Assembly (NCBI RefSeq): GCF_001194135.2
Contig: NC_068984.1
Location: 144,577,118-144,639,117, forward strand
DNA length: 62,000 nucleotides
Direction: 5' to 3'
Source of the DNA: Octopus bimaculoides
Lineage: Eukaryota
Shown in pieces: positions 1 to 13,131 of the stretch. Made by a program: the position numbers and the translations under genes. How positions within the stretch are numbered: position 1 is the stretch's first letter; each line of letters begins with the position of its first letter. The notes under the pieces were generated by a model. It did no database searches. It was given only the letters and a program-made list of their open reading frames with translations, and was not told where the DNA came from.

Positions 1-95
1 GAGGCTATAGTAGAAGACACTTGCCCAAGGTGCCACGCAGTGGGACTGAACCCAGAATCATGTTGTTGGTTAGCAAGCTACTTACCACACTGCCA

Positions 96-611
96 CTCAT
101 CTTGTCCTTGAAGGCTTGGGATGAAAATTGGCCCTTTCTCATATTGTATGACGGATACCGAATGTCTTCATGCACTACCTGCCCGATAAGAAACTCAGAG
201 ACTCCCATGTCCCTGGTAATGGACCTGATTGACTTGGAGGGATCATTGTCAATCATGGCCTGGATCTCACCAACAAATTCAGGAGTTCTTTTCTTATCAG
301 AATGATCAGAGTGAGTTTTCCAAGCTGCTGTACCTCCGTAATCCCCATTAGACTCATCCAACTCTTTCTGAATCCTTTGCACTGTCCTCAGATTGACACC
401 CAAACACTCTGAAATGTTCGTATTAGAGCTACTGGTTCAAATGCTAAGCAGTATAGCATGTCATTTCCAAATTGCATCATGGTGCTGTTTTCCTCACAGA
501 CAGTGTCCAACTGACCCTACTATACTGTGTAGTCAACAAAATCAAAAACAAACAATGCGCATGCACGAAATTAAAAATATAAGATGGCGCCAATTTACCC
601 ACTGCACCCTG
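96..611 (-). mobile_element. Tc1/mariner transposon 5' relic (TIR plus N-terminal transposase), truncated by a SINE
   Basis: TA|CAGGGTGCAGTGGGTAAATT terminus at 611; peptide ...KRTPEFVGEIQAMIDNDPSKSIRSITRDMGVSEFLIGQVVHEDIRYPSY is a Tc1/mariner HTH. Confidence 0.8.
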
Positions 612-1090
612 TACATATTTACATCAAACTTCACTTACCAGTTCTTGATTTGTCAGTAACTTCATGCTGTGGGCCAAGGCTGTGTACATTTCCCGAGAAG
701 TGCCGAGGAGTTCATGGAATGTTTGGTAGACAGACATCAAAAAGTCTGAAAGAAAGAAATATTTCATTTACTTCTCTTGGCCTAAAAGTTGGGTGGGAAG
801 GAATTGGCATGTCCATCCAGGATGGTGAAAACAGAGTGTTTCAGCCCAGGGAGCTGTGGTAGGTGGTGGGTGGAGTGTGATGTCAGGGTGGTAGGCAGAG
901 AATTTGTGGCAAGTGGAATGGTCAGTCCCCCAGGTGGTAGGGGTCAGTTAGAACCTCTGGGATGGAAATCCATTTGAGTCTGTATGCTGCCTGGTTGAAG
1001 TTGGCCTTCATGTCAAACTTCAACTTGTTGTTGAGCCTTCGTGTTAGGATGAATTGGTCAAGCAAATATTCAAGTCATTTGAGAAATGCG

Positions 1091-1625
1091 CGAGGGTGGG
1101 TCAAAAAGTAATGCCATTTTCTTTATTTCATGTGAAGGTTTTGATAAAAATAACTGAAAATTTTTCCCAGTTATAAAGGATTATATCATTTACGTTCTGA
1201 AATATTTTGTTTCCTATTTTTCAGGTTTTTAGACTGGTAAGGAAAAATCAAAATGGGTGCCCCCTTAGAGTTATGTCAAAAACAAAGAGCAGTGATTGAA
1301 TTTCTCGTTGCTGAGGGGGAAACCCCTGTGAACATTCACCGACGATTACAAAATGTCTTTGAGGATCATAGCAATGTATGCAGGTGGGTCCGTCGTCTGA
1401 AAGATGAAAAGGTGGGAACTGTGAGTGTAGCCGATAAACCCCGTTCTGGCCGTCCATCCGTCCGCTTCTGTGAATCCTGCCAATAAAGCAAAAGCAGATG
1501 TTCTGATCAGAGAAGACAGACGCATAACTCTTGATGAGTTGGCAGAAAACCTTGAGGTGAGCCATGGAAGTGCTTACAACATTGTCAAATCACTTGGCTT
1601 TTCACAAGTGTGTGCCAAATGGTTT
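1091..1625 (+). mobile_element. Mariner transposase 5' relic, frameshifted
   Basis: CGAGGGTGGGTCAAAAAGTAATGCC terminus; QRAVIEFLVAEGETPVNIHRRL...RSGRP and IREDRRITLDELAENLEVSHGSAYNIVKSLGFSQVCAKW are mariner motifs in two frames. Confidence 0.85.
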
Positions 1626-1829
1626 TTTCATAGCGTTTTTGTCTTAATAATTGATGAGATGCCAGAACAGTTTTCAGCCCCAACATCTGAAACTCTGAGT
1701 TTTATTATGACAACTAACTGATTGTTTTGTATTATATTTATAGATATGTATATATATCATGCAAGCATGGAATGGTGGATGCTAAATAAGAATGATAACT
1801 GAAGTTGTTGTTGCTGTTGAAGTACTTAC

Positions 1830-1929
1830 CAGTTTTGTGAGTTGGTGATTGGTCTTTTATATCTTTGGAGAGTTGTGTTGTTACAGATGAAAGGAGTTGC
1901 TCCAGAACTTCTTGATGGGCATGGACAGA
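1830..1929 (-). CDS. OSBPL1A: ORP1L coding exon 12 (SVHAHQEVLEQLLSSVTTQLSKDIKDQSPTHKT+G)
   Basis: Long CT tract and ccccaacag| acceptor; CTG|GTAAGT donor; 100 nt, open in phase 0. Sequence similarity is weaker than for the other exons. Confidence 0.78.
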
Positions 1930-2706
1930 CTGTTGGGGGAGACAAAAAGAGAGAGAGAGAGAGATGTTAGACAGGTGACATAATAAAAATAATTATCATT
2001 ACTATTATCCGAGTGGTTGGCATTAGGAAGAGCATCCAGCTGTAGAAACCACCTGTCTTCGTCTGTTGTTTTTTTATGAATTCTCCCCATATACATGCAT
2101 ACATATGTGTGTGTGTGTGTGTATTTACACATATACATACATACATATATTTACACATACATACATACATGCCAGTGTGGAAAACAAACATTAAATGATG
2201 ATGATGATATAAGATCGNNNNNNNNNNNNNNNNNNNNNNNNNNNNNNNNNNNNNNNNNNNNNNNNNNNNNNNNNNNNNNNNNNNNNNNNNNNNNNNNNNN
2301 NNNNNNNNNNNNNNNNNNNNNNNNNNNNNNNNNNNNNNNNNNNNNNNNNNNNNNNNNNNNNNNNNNNNNNNNNNNNNNNNNNNNNNNNNNNNNNNNNNNN
2401 NNNNNNNNNNNNNNNNNNNNNNNNNNNNNNNNNNNNNNNNNNNNNNNNNNNNNNNNNNNNNNNNNNNNNNNNNNNNNNNNNNNNNNNNNNNNNNNNNNNN
2501 NNNNNNNNNNNNNNNNNNNNNNNNNNNNNNNNNNNNNNNNNNNNNNNNNNNNNNNNNNNNNNNNNNNNNNNNNNNNNNNNNNNNNNNNNNNNNNNNNNNN
2601 NNNNNNNNNNNNNNNNNNNNNNNNNNNNNNNNNNNNNNNNNNNNNNNNNNNNNNNNNNNNNNNNNNNNNNNNNNNNNNNNNNNNNNNNNNNNNNNNNNNN
2701 NNNNNN

Positions 2707-2756
<50 letters not shown>

Positions 2757-3150
2757 ATATATATATATACATATGTATATATATATATATACACACAAAT
2801 ACACACAGGCGTGCACACACGCACACACACACCATTTTTTCTTAAACGAGGATTTAGCTTTTGTTTGTAAAGAGAAAAACTAACAACAACAATAACAGTA
2901 ACGACCAGAACATCAACTACAACAACAACATCATCAACAATAACAATGAAAGAGAGGATTTTCTGGAACATCAGGAGAGATTCTACAGAATTTTTGGTCA
3001 GTTAGAAACGAAAGAAATGTAAATACATAAAGCAGATTAAAACTTACAGAAGTCTGGAGAAAACTCAAATAAATAGTAATTAGGTTTAGAAAACAATAAA
3101 CAACAAACAACAACAACAACAACTAATTAAACAAAACATTTAAGGAAGTA

Positions 3151-3186
<36 letters not shown>

Positions 3187-6100
3187 CAGTGTTTGTGTGT
3201 GATCAAAACCTGAAAACACAAACCTTTCACCTGAAATAATGATGATAAGAACAAGGATGATGATGATGATGATTGCTATGATGATAATGGTGGTGGTGGT
3301 GGGAGTGGTGACGGTGAAGTTAGTAATGGTGATGATGATGATCATGATGACGACGACGATAATGGTGGTGACATTCATTGATGGCAGTTGTGATGTTATG
3401 ACAGTCACAATGATGATGATAGTGGTTGCGATAGTGGTGATGGTGTTGGTGACGGTAATGATGATGTTAATGTTGTAGTTGGTGGTACCTATGATGATGA
3501 TGATGATGATGATGATGACAATAGTGACAATCACAAAGATAAAGTGATTTACTATAGGGAAACCTATATAAACGATTGAACTCGTTATCTCGGCAGAGGG
3601 CAGGTGACTAAAAGTTATGTTGAATGTTGAGAAGTGGTGGGCAGGGGTGGATGGTATGGGATTCACTTACTTAATTATTTCGTCTTTTGACTTGTTAGTC
3701 ATTGGACTGTGGCTACACTGGCCCCCAGTATTTATTCACCTTTTTGTTTTTTAAAGTCTGGTATTGTTGTGGGGGTAATAGTAATAATGGTACACCCCTC
3801 CCACGTGATGAGTGGTCTGTGCTAATCAGTTCTAAATAAGGTGACATTGGTCAGTATAAAGAGAAAAGATGAAGTACATGGTCAGAGGCAGTTTTGTCTT
3901 TACTGGTCTTACTAACTATACTCTGCTACACCAGGGTGGACGTTATAACGATCCAACATTAACGATCTGACAGCAGGTGTTTATTCTTATTTCTTTACTA
4001 CCCACAAGGGGCTAAACACAGAGGGGACAAACAAGGACAGACAAACGGATTAAGTCGATTATATCGACCCCAGTGCGTAACTGGTACTTATTTAATTGAC
4101 CCCGAAAGGATGAAAGGCAAAGTCGACCTCAGCGGAATTTAAACTCAGAACATAGCAGCAGATGAAATACAGCTAAGCATTTCACCCACCGTGCGAATGT
4201 TTCTACCGATTCCACCAAGGCCAACTTTGTCTTTCATCCTTTCGGGGGTCGATTAAATAAGTACCAGTTACACACTGGGATCGATGTAATCGACTTAATC
4301 TCTTTGTCTGCCCTTGTTTGTCCCTTCTATGTTTAGCCCCCCTGTGGGCAATAAAGAAATAAAGATATTATTTTTCCTTCACTACATTAGATATGGTTAT
4401 AGTTGCAATCACAAGGTTTCATGTTCAGTCCTACTATGTGATACCTTGGGCAAGTGTATTTTACTATAGCCTCAGGTCGACCAATGCCTTGTGAGTGAAT
4501 TTGGTAGACGAAAGCTGTATGGAGGCCTGCCACATATATCTGGATGTCTTTGTGTTTGTGTATGCCCTCTCACTCCCTTGTACCACTTGGCAACCGGTGT
4601 TGGTTTGTTTACGTCCCCATGGCATAGCAGTTTTGGCAAAAGAGACTGAGACATTAAGTATCAGTCTGACAAATATAGGTAGATGGGGGTTGATTTGTTC
4701 GATTAAAACCCTTCAAGGTGGTGCCCCAGCATGGCAGCAGTCCAATGACTGAAACAAGTAAAAGATGGCTGCAGAATGTGTCTACAAGGGATTCTTCCCC
4801 GTACAATGTGGATATGGCAAGACACAAACCGTAACCCACCACCCCCCACCAAATCGCAAATAACCTTGGAAGAGGTTGATCTTGTTGTCAACGATGAAAT
4901 GACAGAATGCTTTAGAACAGTCTTTCTCAACTGGGGTGGGGAGAGGGGTTCTTATGACCTTTGGGAGTCTCTACAAGATTTCATTGTTAACATTTATCTC
5001 CAATAAAGTCGTTACACTTCTACAATGCACAAAATACTCAACAATTTGTTTTTATAAAATTCNNNNNNNNNNNNNNNNNNNNNNNNNNNNNNNNNNNNNN
5101 NNNNNNNNNNNNNNNNNNNNNNNNNNNNNNNNNNNNNNNNNNNNNNNNNNNNNNNNNNNNNNNNNNNNNNNNNNNNNNNNNNNNNNNNNNNNNNNNNNNN
5201 NNNNNNNNNNNNNNNNNNNNNNNNNNNNNNNNNNNNNNNNNNNNNNNNNNNNNNNNNNNNNNNNNNNNNNNNNNNNNNNNNNNNNNNNNNNNNNNNNNNN
5301 NNNNNNNNNNNNNNNNNNNNNNNNNNNNNNNNNNNNNNNNNNNNNNNNNNNNNNNNNNNNNNNNNNNNNNNNNNNNNNNNNNNNNNNNNNNNNNNNNNNN
5401 NNNNNNNNNNNNNNNNNNNNNNNNNNNNNNNNNNNNNNNNNNNNNNNNNNNNNNNNNNNNNNNNNNNNNNNNNNNNNNNNNNNNNNNNNNNNNNNNNNNN
5501 NNNNNNNNNNNNNNNNNNNNNNNNNNNNNNNNNNNNNNNNNNNNNNNNNNNNNNNNNNNNNNNNNNNNNNNNNNNNNNNNNNNNNNNNNNNNNNNNNNNN
5601 NNNNNNNNNNNNNNNNNNNNNNNNNNNNNNNNNNNNNNNNNNNNNNNNNNNNNNNNNNNNNNNNNNNNNNNNNNNNNNNNNNNNNNNNNNNNNNNNNNNN
5701 NNNNNNNNNNNNNNNNNNNNNNNNNNNNNNNNNNNNNNNNNNNNNNNNNNNNNNNNNNNNNNNNNNNNNNNNNNNNNNNNNNNNNNNNNNNNNNNNNNNN
5801 NNNNNNNNNGTTCCTGTTCTTGCGTTGAGGTCTAATCTGTACCACCACCACTGCCGCCGCCGCCGCCATCTGGCTGTTAAGTTCATTTTGTGGATAATCC
5901 GGTTTGTTGCAAGCATTCGGGTCAGGTCACTGGTGTCATGATAACATCCTAGCCCTTCCCGCCAACGCCGTGAGGCCCTGAAAAGACAAAATTGGTTATC
6001 GGCGATGCCCCCTCTTCCTCCCTCCCCCCCCCTCAGTAACCACTGATAAAAATTGTCATCCACATCTATCAATAACAAAAGGGACATAACTCAGTGACAT

Positions 6101-7360
6101 TGTTGCTGTTTGTTTCTTAGAACAAATCGAGAGCTAAAAACGTTTCCACCCGTGACCATTACTTTTAGACATTAGATCAAGAATTATATTATCCACTGTC
6201 TTAAGCAGGTGAGCTGGCAGAATAGTTAGCGCGTCGACGTTCTCAGTTTAAATTCAGCCGAGATCAACTTTAGCTTTGGTAAAAGTAGAGTTATTCCCCT
6301 TGTGATTACAATAAGGTTTTCTTGTCCTTGGCTTATATTTTCGTTTGTTTATTCAACCATAATTATCTGTTATTATTATTAGCCAGAGAGCTTGAAAAAT
6401 GAGCTGAAATTCTTTTAATAAGGTCTGAAAATATCACATTGTGCTGAAGATCACGGTGACTTTTACTCGTGTATACAAGTGTTATTCACGCATATAAATA
6501 CCACACACACACACATATATAGAGATGCATATATGTGTGTGTGTGTGCGCGCGCGTGTATATATATATANNNNNNNNNNNNNNNNNNNNNNNNNNNNNNN
6601 NNNNNNNNNNNNNNNNNNNNNNNNNNNNNNNNNNNNNNNNNNNNNNNNNNNNNNNNNNNNNNNNNNNNNNNNNNNNNNNNNNNNNNNNNNNNNNNNNNNN
6701 NNNNNNNNNNNNNNNNNNNNNNNNNNNNNNNNNNNNNNNNNNNNNNNNNNNNNNNNNNNNNNNNNNNNNNNNNNNNNNNNNAGTAGGTGTTTGGCTATTT
6801 TTAGAATTGATGTCAAATCTATTTTTAGAAATGATGATATTTGAGTAATTATATATTTATATATTTGATCCTTTATATTGAACACTCAATATTTCATCTA
6901 CATTCAATACTTTATTTCATGGTGTCATCCATTTTTATTTTATATTATATATTGTATATTATATTATATATTGTATATTCCATATTCTATACCCCACATT
7001 GGTTCTGCAGGAATATAAATAAAACATAAAAAACAGACAGTGTTGGAACTCTTTTAAACAAAATAATATATATATATATAAATTGGTTGTCCTAGTCACG
7101 GCTTCGTTTCAAAGCAGGGGCCCAGTCTACCCCCATCAAACAGTCATGGCTTTGATAGTGCAGCCAATTTAATTGTTTATGCTATGATTTTATTTACTCC
7201 ATGTACCCACATGGGGATTAACACATACTTTAAAACATTATTATTTCTTATATTTAACTGGTTATGTCATGAGTTTATTTACTTCATTTACCCAGACTTT
7301 GTGGACACCCTGTATATCATTCACCAAATGAAGCTGGAAGAAATGAACTAAAATGCTTAC

Positions 7361-7480
7361 CATTAGTGACTCTTGTAGGTTTCCAATGTAATCATCTTTC
7401 TCTTCATCACTTGTACAAATGCCTTGGTTCATGTAATGATTTGTGTAATCAATGTGTTCTTTAAAAGCATCCAGCCACAT
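7361..7480 (-). CDS. OSBPL1A: ORP1L coding exon 11 (MWLDAFKEHIDYTNHYMNQGICTSDEEKDDYIGNLQESLM), PH C-terminal helix
   Basis: ttcctttgtag| acceptor; ATG|GTAAGC donor; 120 nt; invariant PH Trp (WLxA). Confidence 0.93.
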
Positions 7481-7897
7481 CTACAAAGGAAATGGTTCAT
7501 AAGCAATGTCAAGAGAACATCGGAATATTTGGAATATGGATGACTGACTTATTAGTTTCTAATGTAAATACAACGGTAAGATTTAGCGGGAAGATATTGT
7601 CAATTTTTGTAACTCCCAAAATTTCACTGGTTCTAATTTTATTGACACAAGAAAAAGAAAAAAAAATGTAAATTGATCCAGGTATGATTTGAACTCAAAG
7701 AACTAGGGATTAAATACTGATTTCTAACATAGAGAAATTTTGGTAAGGAGGTATAGTACATGGTCCTATGTCTTTTCCTCCAATGTCATTTTACTAAATT
7801 CTTCATTAGATCTAAAATTAATCGAAAGAAACAGAGTATCTCAACAGAAATATGGTAACAAAAGGGCTAGAATATATAATAGAGAAACAATTCTTAA

Positions 7898-8089
7898 CCC
7901 TTTCGATACCAACCTGGCTGAAACTGTCTCTGGCTCTGAGTACAAATGTCTTGTTTTCAAAAGTTCTAAATTAAAATCGAAGTCACAATTTATGTTCCTA
8001 ACTCTAGCTTAATGATAACCGAGTTATTTTACTAAATTCTTTGTTATATTTAAAGTTAATTGAAAGAAACAAATATGGTAACGAAAAGG
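7898..8089 (+). mobile_element. piggyBac-type MITE
   Basis: TTAA|CCCTTTCGATACC ... GGTAACGAAAAGG|TTAA. Confidence 0.8.
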
Positions 8090-9059
8090 TTAATGAGTGG
8101 TATAATCATTTAAATTAAGAGTATGGTGTCTTTAAAGGTGCACAGCATTAAATAGGGGTAAAAAGGCTTTTAAGTAAGAGGCACTCAGTAGGGGATACAA
8201 CTCAGATGTCTGTCCAGGCTTTTGGATAAGGGTTGGGGGTAGTATCAGCCTGATGGCTTGCATTCATATCTCATTGCAAAAGGAAGGGACTCACTTCTCT
8301 GCACTCAAGCAAACAACAATCACTCAACCATAAACTTCAGGTAAGACTTGGTTAATACAAGTCACTATTTACATCTCATCAACAAGGAAGGGCATTCAAC
8401 CAAACAGAATCTGCTTCAACAAACTCCATCTGATTTGGGGACAAATGGACGTAAAAATGACGATGATTATGATGATGATGATGATATACACGTATACACA
8501 CACACATGTACATGCATACATGCACACACACACACACACACCTCAAAAACGCTACAATAAAAATATTTTTCCTGCTAATTCAAAGAACATTGGAAAGGTT
8601 TAGCATTTAACTCTTTCATTACTGTATTTCTGTTGAGATGCTCTGTCAGGTTTCTTTCAATTACTTTAAATATAACAAAGAATTTAGTAAAATAACTTGG
8701 TTATCATTAAGCTGGTGTTAGGAACATAAATTGTGACTAAGGTTTGGTGGAAGATTTTAATTCAAAACTTATGAAAACAAGACATTTGTACTACAGGGCC
8801 AGAGGCAGTTTCAGCCAGGCTGGTAACAAAAGGGCTACACCAGTTGTATCCGGCCCAAATATTTCATCTGTCTTCCATTCGAACTGGCCAGCTCTGGCAT
8901 CTCACACCTATCCTACAATGCTATTCTAAAAATAAGCAGTCACATCATTGAAATCTTTGAAGTTACATGATAATGCATGATAAATTTAAAACAATGTGAA
9001 TACATAAAGCTTTACATTTGACAGAGAAATCTGAATGCTGAAGGGTTTAAAGAAAGCTA

Positions 9060-9700
9060 GCAAATTTGTCTATGGTTGTGTGGTAAGTAGCTTGCTTACC
9101 AACCACATGGTTCTGGGTTCAGTCCCAATTCGTGGCACCTTGGGCAAGTGTCTTCTACTATAGCTTTGGGCCGACCAAAGCCTTGTGAGTAGATTTGGTA
9201 GACGGAAACTGAAAGAAGCCTGTCGTATATATNNNNNNNNNNNNNNNNNNNNNNNNNNNNNNNNNNNNNNNNNNNNNNNNNNNNNNNNNNNNNNNNNNNN
9301 NNNNNNNNNNNNNNNNNNNNNNNNNNNNNNNNNNNNNNNNNNNNNNNNNNNNNNNNNNNNNNNNNNNNNNNNNNNNNNNNNNNNNNNNNNNNNNNNNNNN
9401 NNNNNNNNNNNNNNNNNNNNNNNNNNNNNNNNNNNNNNNNNNNNNNNNNNNNNNNNNNNNNNNNNNNNNACACACACACACATATATATGTATATGCCTG
9501 TGTGTCTGTGTTTGTCCCCGCAACATCGCTTGACAACCAATGCTGGTGTGCTTACATCCCCCTATAACCTAGCGGTTCGGCAAAAAGAGACCAATAGAAT
9601 AAGTACTAGGCTTACAAAGAATAAGTCCCAGGGTCAATTTGCTCGACTAAAGGCGGTGCTCCAGCATGGCCGCAGTCAAATGACTGAAATAAAAGCATCT
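9060..9700 (+). mobile_element. SINE family A (tRNA head, central GGGCAAGTGTCTTCTACTATAGC domain, microsatellite, TCAAATGACTGAAACAAG tail)
   Basis: GTGTGGTAAGTAGCTTGC A-box and GGTTCAGTCCC B-box. Further copies at about 1-95(-), 4390-4765(+), 13445-13745(+), 25115-25215(+), 27020-27190(-), 32630-32830(+), 34600-34800(-), 41010-41260(+), 54075-54345(+). Confidence 0.88.
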
Positions 9701-9886
9701 AATATAAGGTTTCTTTCTTTACCATGTTTCTGCTAAGACAGGATGGATTCATAGCTACGTTGATCTCTCGGCCGTTAGTGATGCAAGGAAATTAAGGTAT
9801 TTAGAAAGCAGCAGCAGCAGCAGCAGGGGATTAAATTTCATTTTATATATTTTTGGGGTCAGCAAACAAGGAGAATGTTACATTAC

Positions 9887-9985
9887 CTGTTTTAGTAAAC
9901 TGTTTGCCTGTGGACCAATCGACAAGGTGTGTGATGTCCCATCTGAAAATTTAATTTTGAACTGAGCTGGCAAATTTTCAAATGT
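9887..9985 (-). CDS. OSBPL1A: ORP1L coding exon 10 (TFENLPAQFKIKFSDGTSHTLSIGPQANSLLKQ), PH domain
   Basis: tttatattgcag| acceptor; CAG|GTAATG donor; 99 nt, phase 0 to 0, open; FKIKFSDGTSH resembles PH beta6-beta7. Confidence 0.85.
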
Positions 9986-10629
9986 CTGCAATATAAAGTC
10001 ATTTAATAAATTAATTAATTAATTAATCAAATAATTAATCATTCTGCAATATGAAGTCACTGAGAAATATTAATAAAGGATAAAGTAGTTCTCTGTTTGA
10101 CAGGAATGTCTCCTCCCAGACAAACAACTGACAATGTATTTTTGTCCCTCAGACAGCTAACCTACACTATACCACACACACACATACATACAAACACACA
10201 CATGCATACACATACACACAAACACACACATGCATACACACAAACACACACGCATATGTTTCTATGTCTCTCTCTTCATAAAGCAAGAAGTACTCACACA
10301 TCCACAACGTAACCCATCTCATCGACCACGTTCGCCGAGGCATACAAAACACAACAAAGGTAGCTGCCTCCATCAGAAGACGATGCAGAAAAAACTTTTA
10401 GCGGTGTTCTTTTTGTTTTTGTTTTTTGGTTTTGTCTCCCTCAACAACTCCAGACCAAACATAAAAGCTGGCAGTTCTTTCTTAATCTTTTTATTATCCA
10501 AATATTGGAAAAGTGTAACTTGGAGTAAACAATTAGTGAAGTTATCAGCTTCTAATAAATATAATAAAAAAAACTATGATACATATTGACAATTCTCTGT
10601 TCTTATTCACACAATTTTTTGTGCTATAA

Positions 10630-10970
10630 CATTCATACATACATATCTACATACATACATGCATACATGCATGCATACATACATACCTACATACATACAT
10701 ACATACATATCTACATACATACATACATATTTACATACATACGTACATATATACATACCTACATACATATATATATATACATACCTACATACATATCTAC
10801 ATACATACATACATACCTACCTACCTACCTACATACATACATATATATACATACCTACATACAGACATACATACAAACATACATTCATACATACATACCT
10901 GCATACATACGTACATATATACATACATGCATACATACGTACATACCTACATGCACACATACATATATGT
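10630..10970. repeat. (TACA)n degenerate tetranucleotide microsatellite
   Basis: Directly visible; source of the spurious YIHT-rich ORFs. Confidence 0.95.
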
Positions 10971-11012
10971 GTGTATAATGCAGCAAATTAAATCTTGAAC
11001 ATAAATTAGAAA

Positions 11013-11057
<45 letters not shown>

Positions 11058-11060
<3 letters not shown>

Positions 11061-11250
11061 GGCAGTGGACTAGCAGAATTGTTAGCACGTTAGACAAAAT
11101 GTTCAGCGGTATTTCATTCATCTTTACTTTCTGAGTTCAAATTCTGCTGAGGTTGACTTTGCCTTTCATCCTTTCGGGGTCGATTAAATAAGTACCAGTG
11201 AAACACAGGATCGATGTAATCGACTAGTCCCCCTCATCCCACAAACCTCA
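11058..11250 (+). mobile_element. SINE family B (tRNA head plus GACTTTGCCTTTCATCCTTTCGGGGTCGATTAAATAAGTACCAG central domain, Deu/Nin-like)
   Basis: GAGTTCAAATTC B-box. Further copies at about 3985-4215(-), 4222-4365(+), 23740-23970(-), 25270-25470(+), 26400-26590(-), 28690-28860(-), 33490-33680(+), 56960-57110(-), 58690-58850(+). The domain name comes from recall and is tentative. Confidence 0.85.
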
Positions 11251-11279
11251 AGAAAGGATTATTATTATTATTGTTATTA

Positions 11280-11327
<48 letters not shown>

Positions 11328-11642
11328 CTTCGTAACACCACAGTCTAGGTAAAAATGCACCGGAATCTTTAGTCTTCAATCAAGTCACAACAAGGACCTC
11401 AGACAGATAATACTTTCCTTAAGATGTGTGCTGTGCCCAATAAGGCTGCCTTTTGCAAGACATCAGTCATTCATGGGATTTCCAGTTGCCTTAAGAAGTC
11501 TTGAAGTTCCAACGGGATTGAACCCAACCCTGCAATCACCACTAGTATCACTTTTATATTACCCTCTCGCATTCCATACAGTCTTGCCATTTCTGCTTTC
11601 AATTCGGAGTACTTGGTGATTGTATGTAAAGAGGTTGGAAAA

Positions 11643-11682
<40 letters not shown>

Positions 11683-12515
11683 GTTGTTGTTGTTGTTGCT
11701 GCTAAGACATTGGATTGACAAATTCATTCACATTTCAAACGAAATACTTTGCAGCATTTGTTTTGGCTTTTGATATTCTGAGTTCAAATCCCACCAAAGT
11801 CGACTGTCTTCTGAGATTGACAGACCATCATCTTATCAACTGTCCCTGCTCCCCTAACTTATTCATCTGAGGTTGATGAAATAAAGGACCAGTTGAGTAC
11901 TGGAATTGATACAACTGAGGGTTCCTGATGGTTCTCTTCCCCCGAAAAATTTCAGGCATTTTGCTTATGTTAGAGAAAAAATATATTCTGTTCAAAACGA
12001 TTAGTATTATTATTATTGTTATCGTCATCATTACTGTTTTATAATGCTAGAAATATTTTAAAAGCATAAAACAGAAATAAACGTCACTAACCTCAGTTCA
12101 GTCGTTTTCCTTGTCGAGTATTTAGAAAATGGAGAAACAAACACACTGTCCCAAACTATTACATGCTAAAATATTGTCTTGTCCTACAATCACTGTGACA
12201 CCAACTCAATTTCTATTATTTACAAAATACTAGTTCACAACAAACTATTTCCTTCCTTCCTTCCTCTACACCTCTCTCGTTTGTGTGCATGACTAAATAC
12301 AGGTATGAGCCTCTACTGTTGTGCTTCATTGGTGGAACCAGTAGAGGTGGGATGAAATAACCTGTGTGTATTTGATTACGTCCCTTTCTATACTGATTTC
12401 AAATCTTGCCTCACTTGGATCGGTTTTTAATCATTCTGAGACTGGTAAAAGAAATAATATGGGGTTGGTGTGGAGTGAGGATACAGGTGAAAGGTGGAAG
12501 CCCTTAAAGCCTTAA

Positions 12516-12725
12516 CCCTTTCGTAACTGTATTTATTTTGATAAGTTTCTTTCAATTACTTTAAATATAACAAAGAATTTAGTAAAACAACTTCGTTATC
12601 ATTGAACTAGTGTTAGGAACATAAATTATAACTAAGGTTTGGTAGATTTTAATTCAAAACTTATGAAAACAAGACATTTATACTCAGAGCCAAAACCAGT
12701 TTCAGCCGGGTTGGTATCGAAAGGG
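12516..12725 (-). mobile_element. piggyBac-type MITE, same family as 7898-8089
   Basis: TTAA|CCCTTTCGTAAC ... GGTATCGAAAGGG|TTAA; interior matches 7898-8089 and about 8610-8835 in reverse. Confidence 0.85.
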
Positions 12726-13098
12726 TTAAAGATGAAAGTAATGCTCTAGCATGGCCACAGCCCATGCATACTAAAACAAAGGGATTAGCTGCATTCGTTA
12801 TAATGCATATATACACAAACACCCACACACACATATACATATGCACACACACACATATTTATACATATTTGAAAAATGAATAGAAACAGTTTTTCTGATA
12901 TTTTCCCACTTTAATAATTAGATGTTCATAAATTATTATAAACATCCAATTAATAAAGTGGAAAAATTATTGGAAAAGCTATTTCTATTCTTTTTTTCAA
13001 ATATATAATATTGTACCAAGGACTATCCTTCCAGTTGGCCAGCCCTGGTCAAACTGGCCAACCCATGCCAGCATGGACAACAGACGTTAAATGATGAC

Positions 13099-13131
<33 letters not shown>

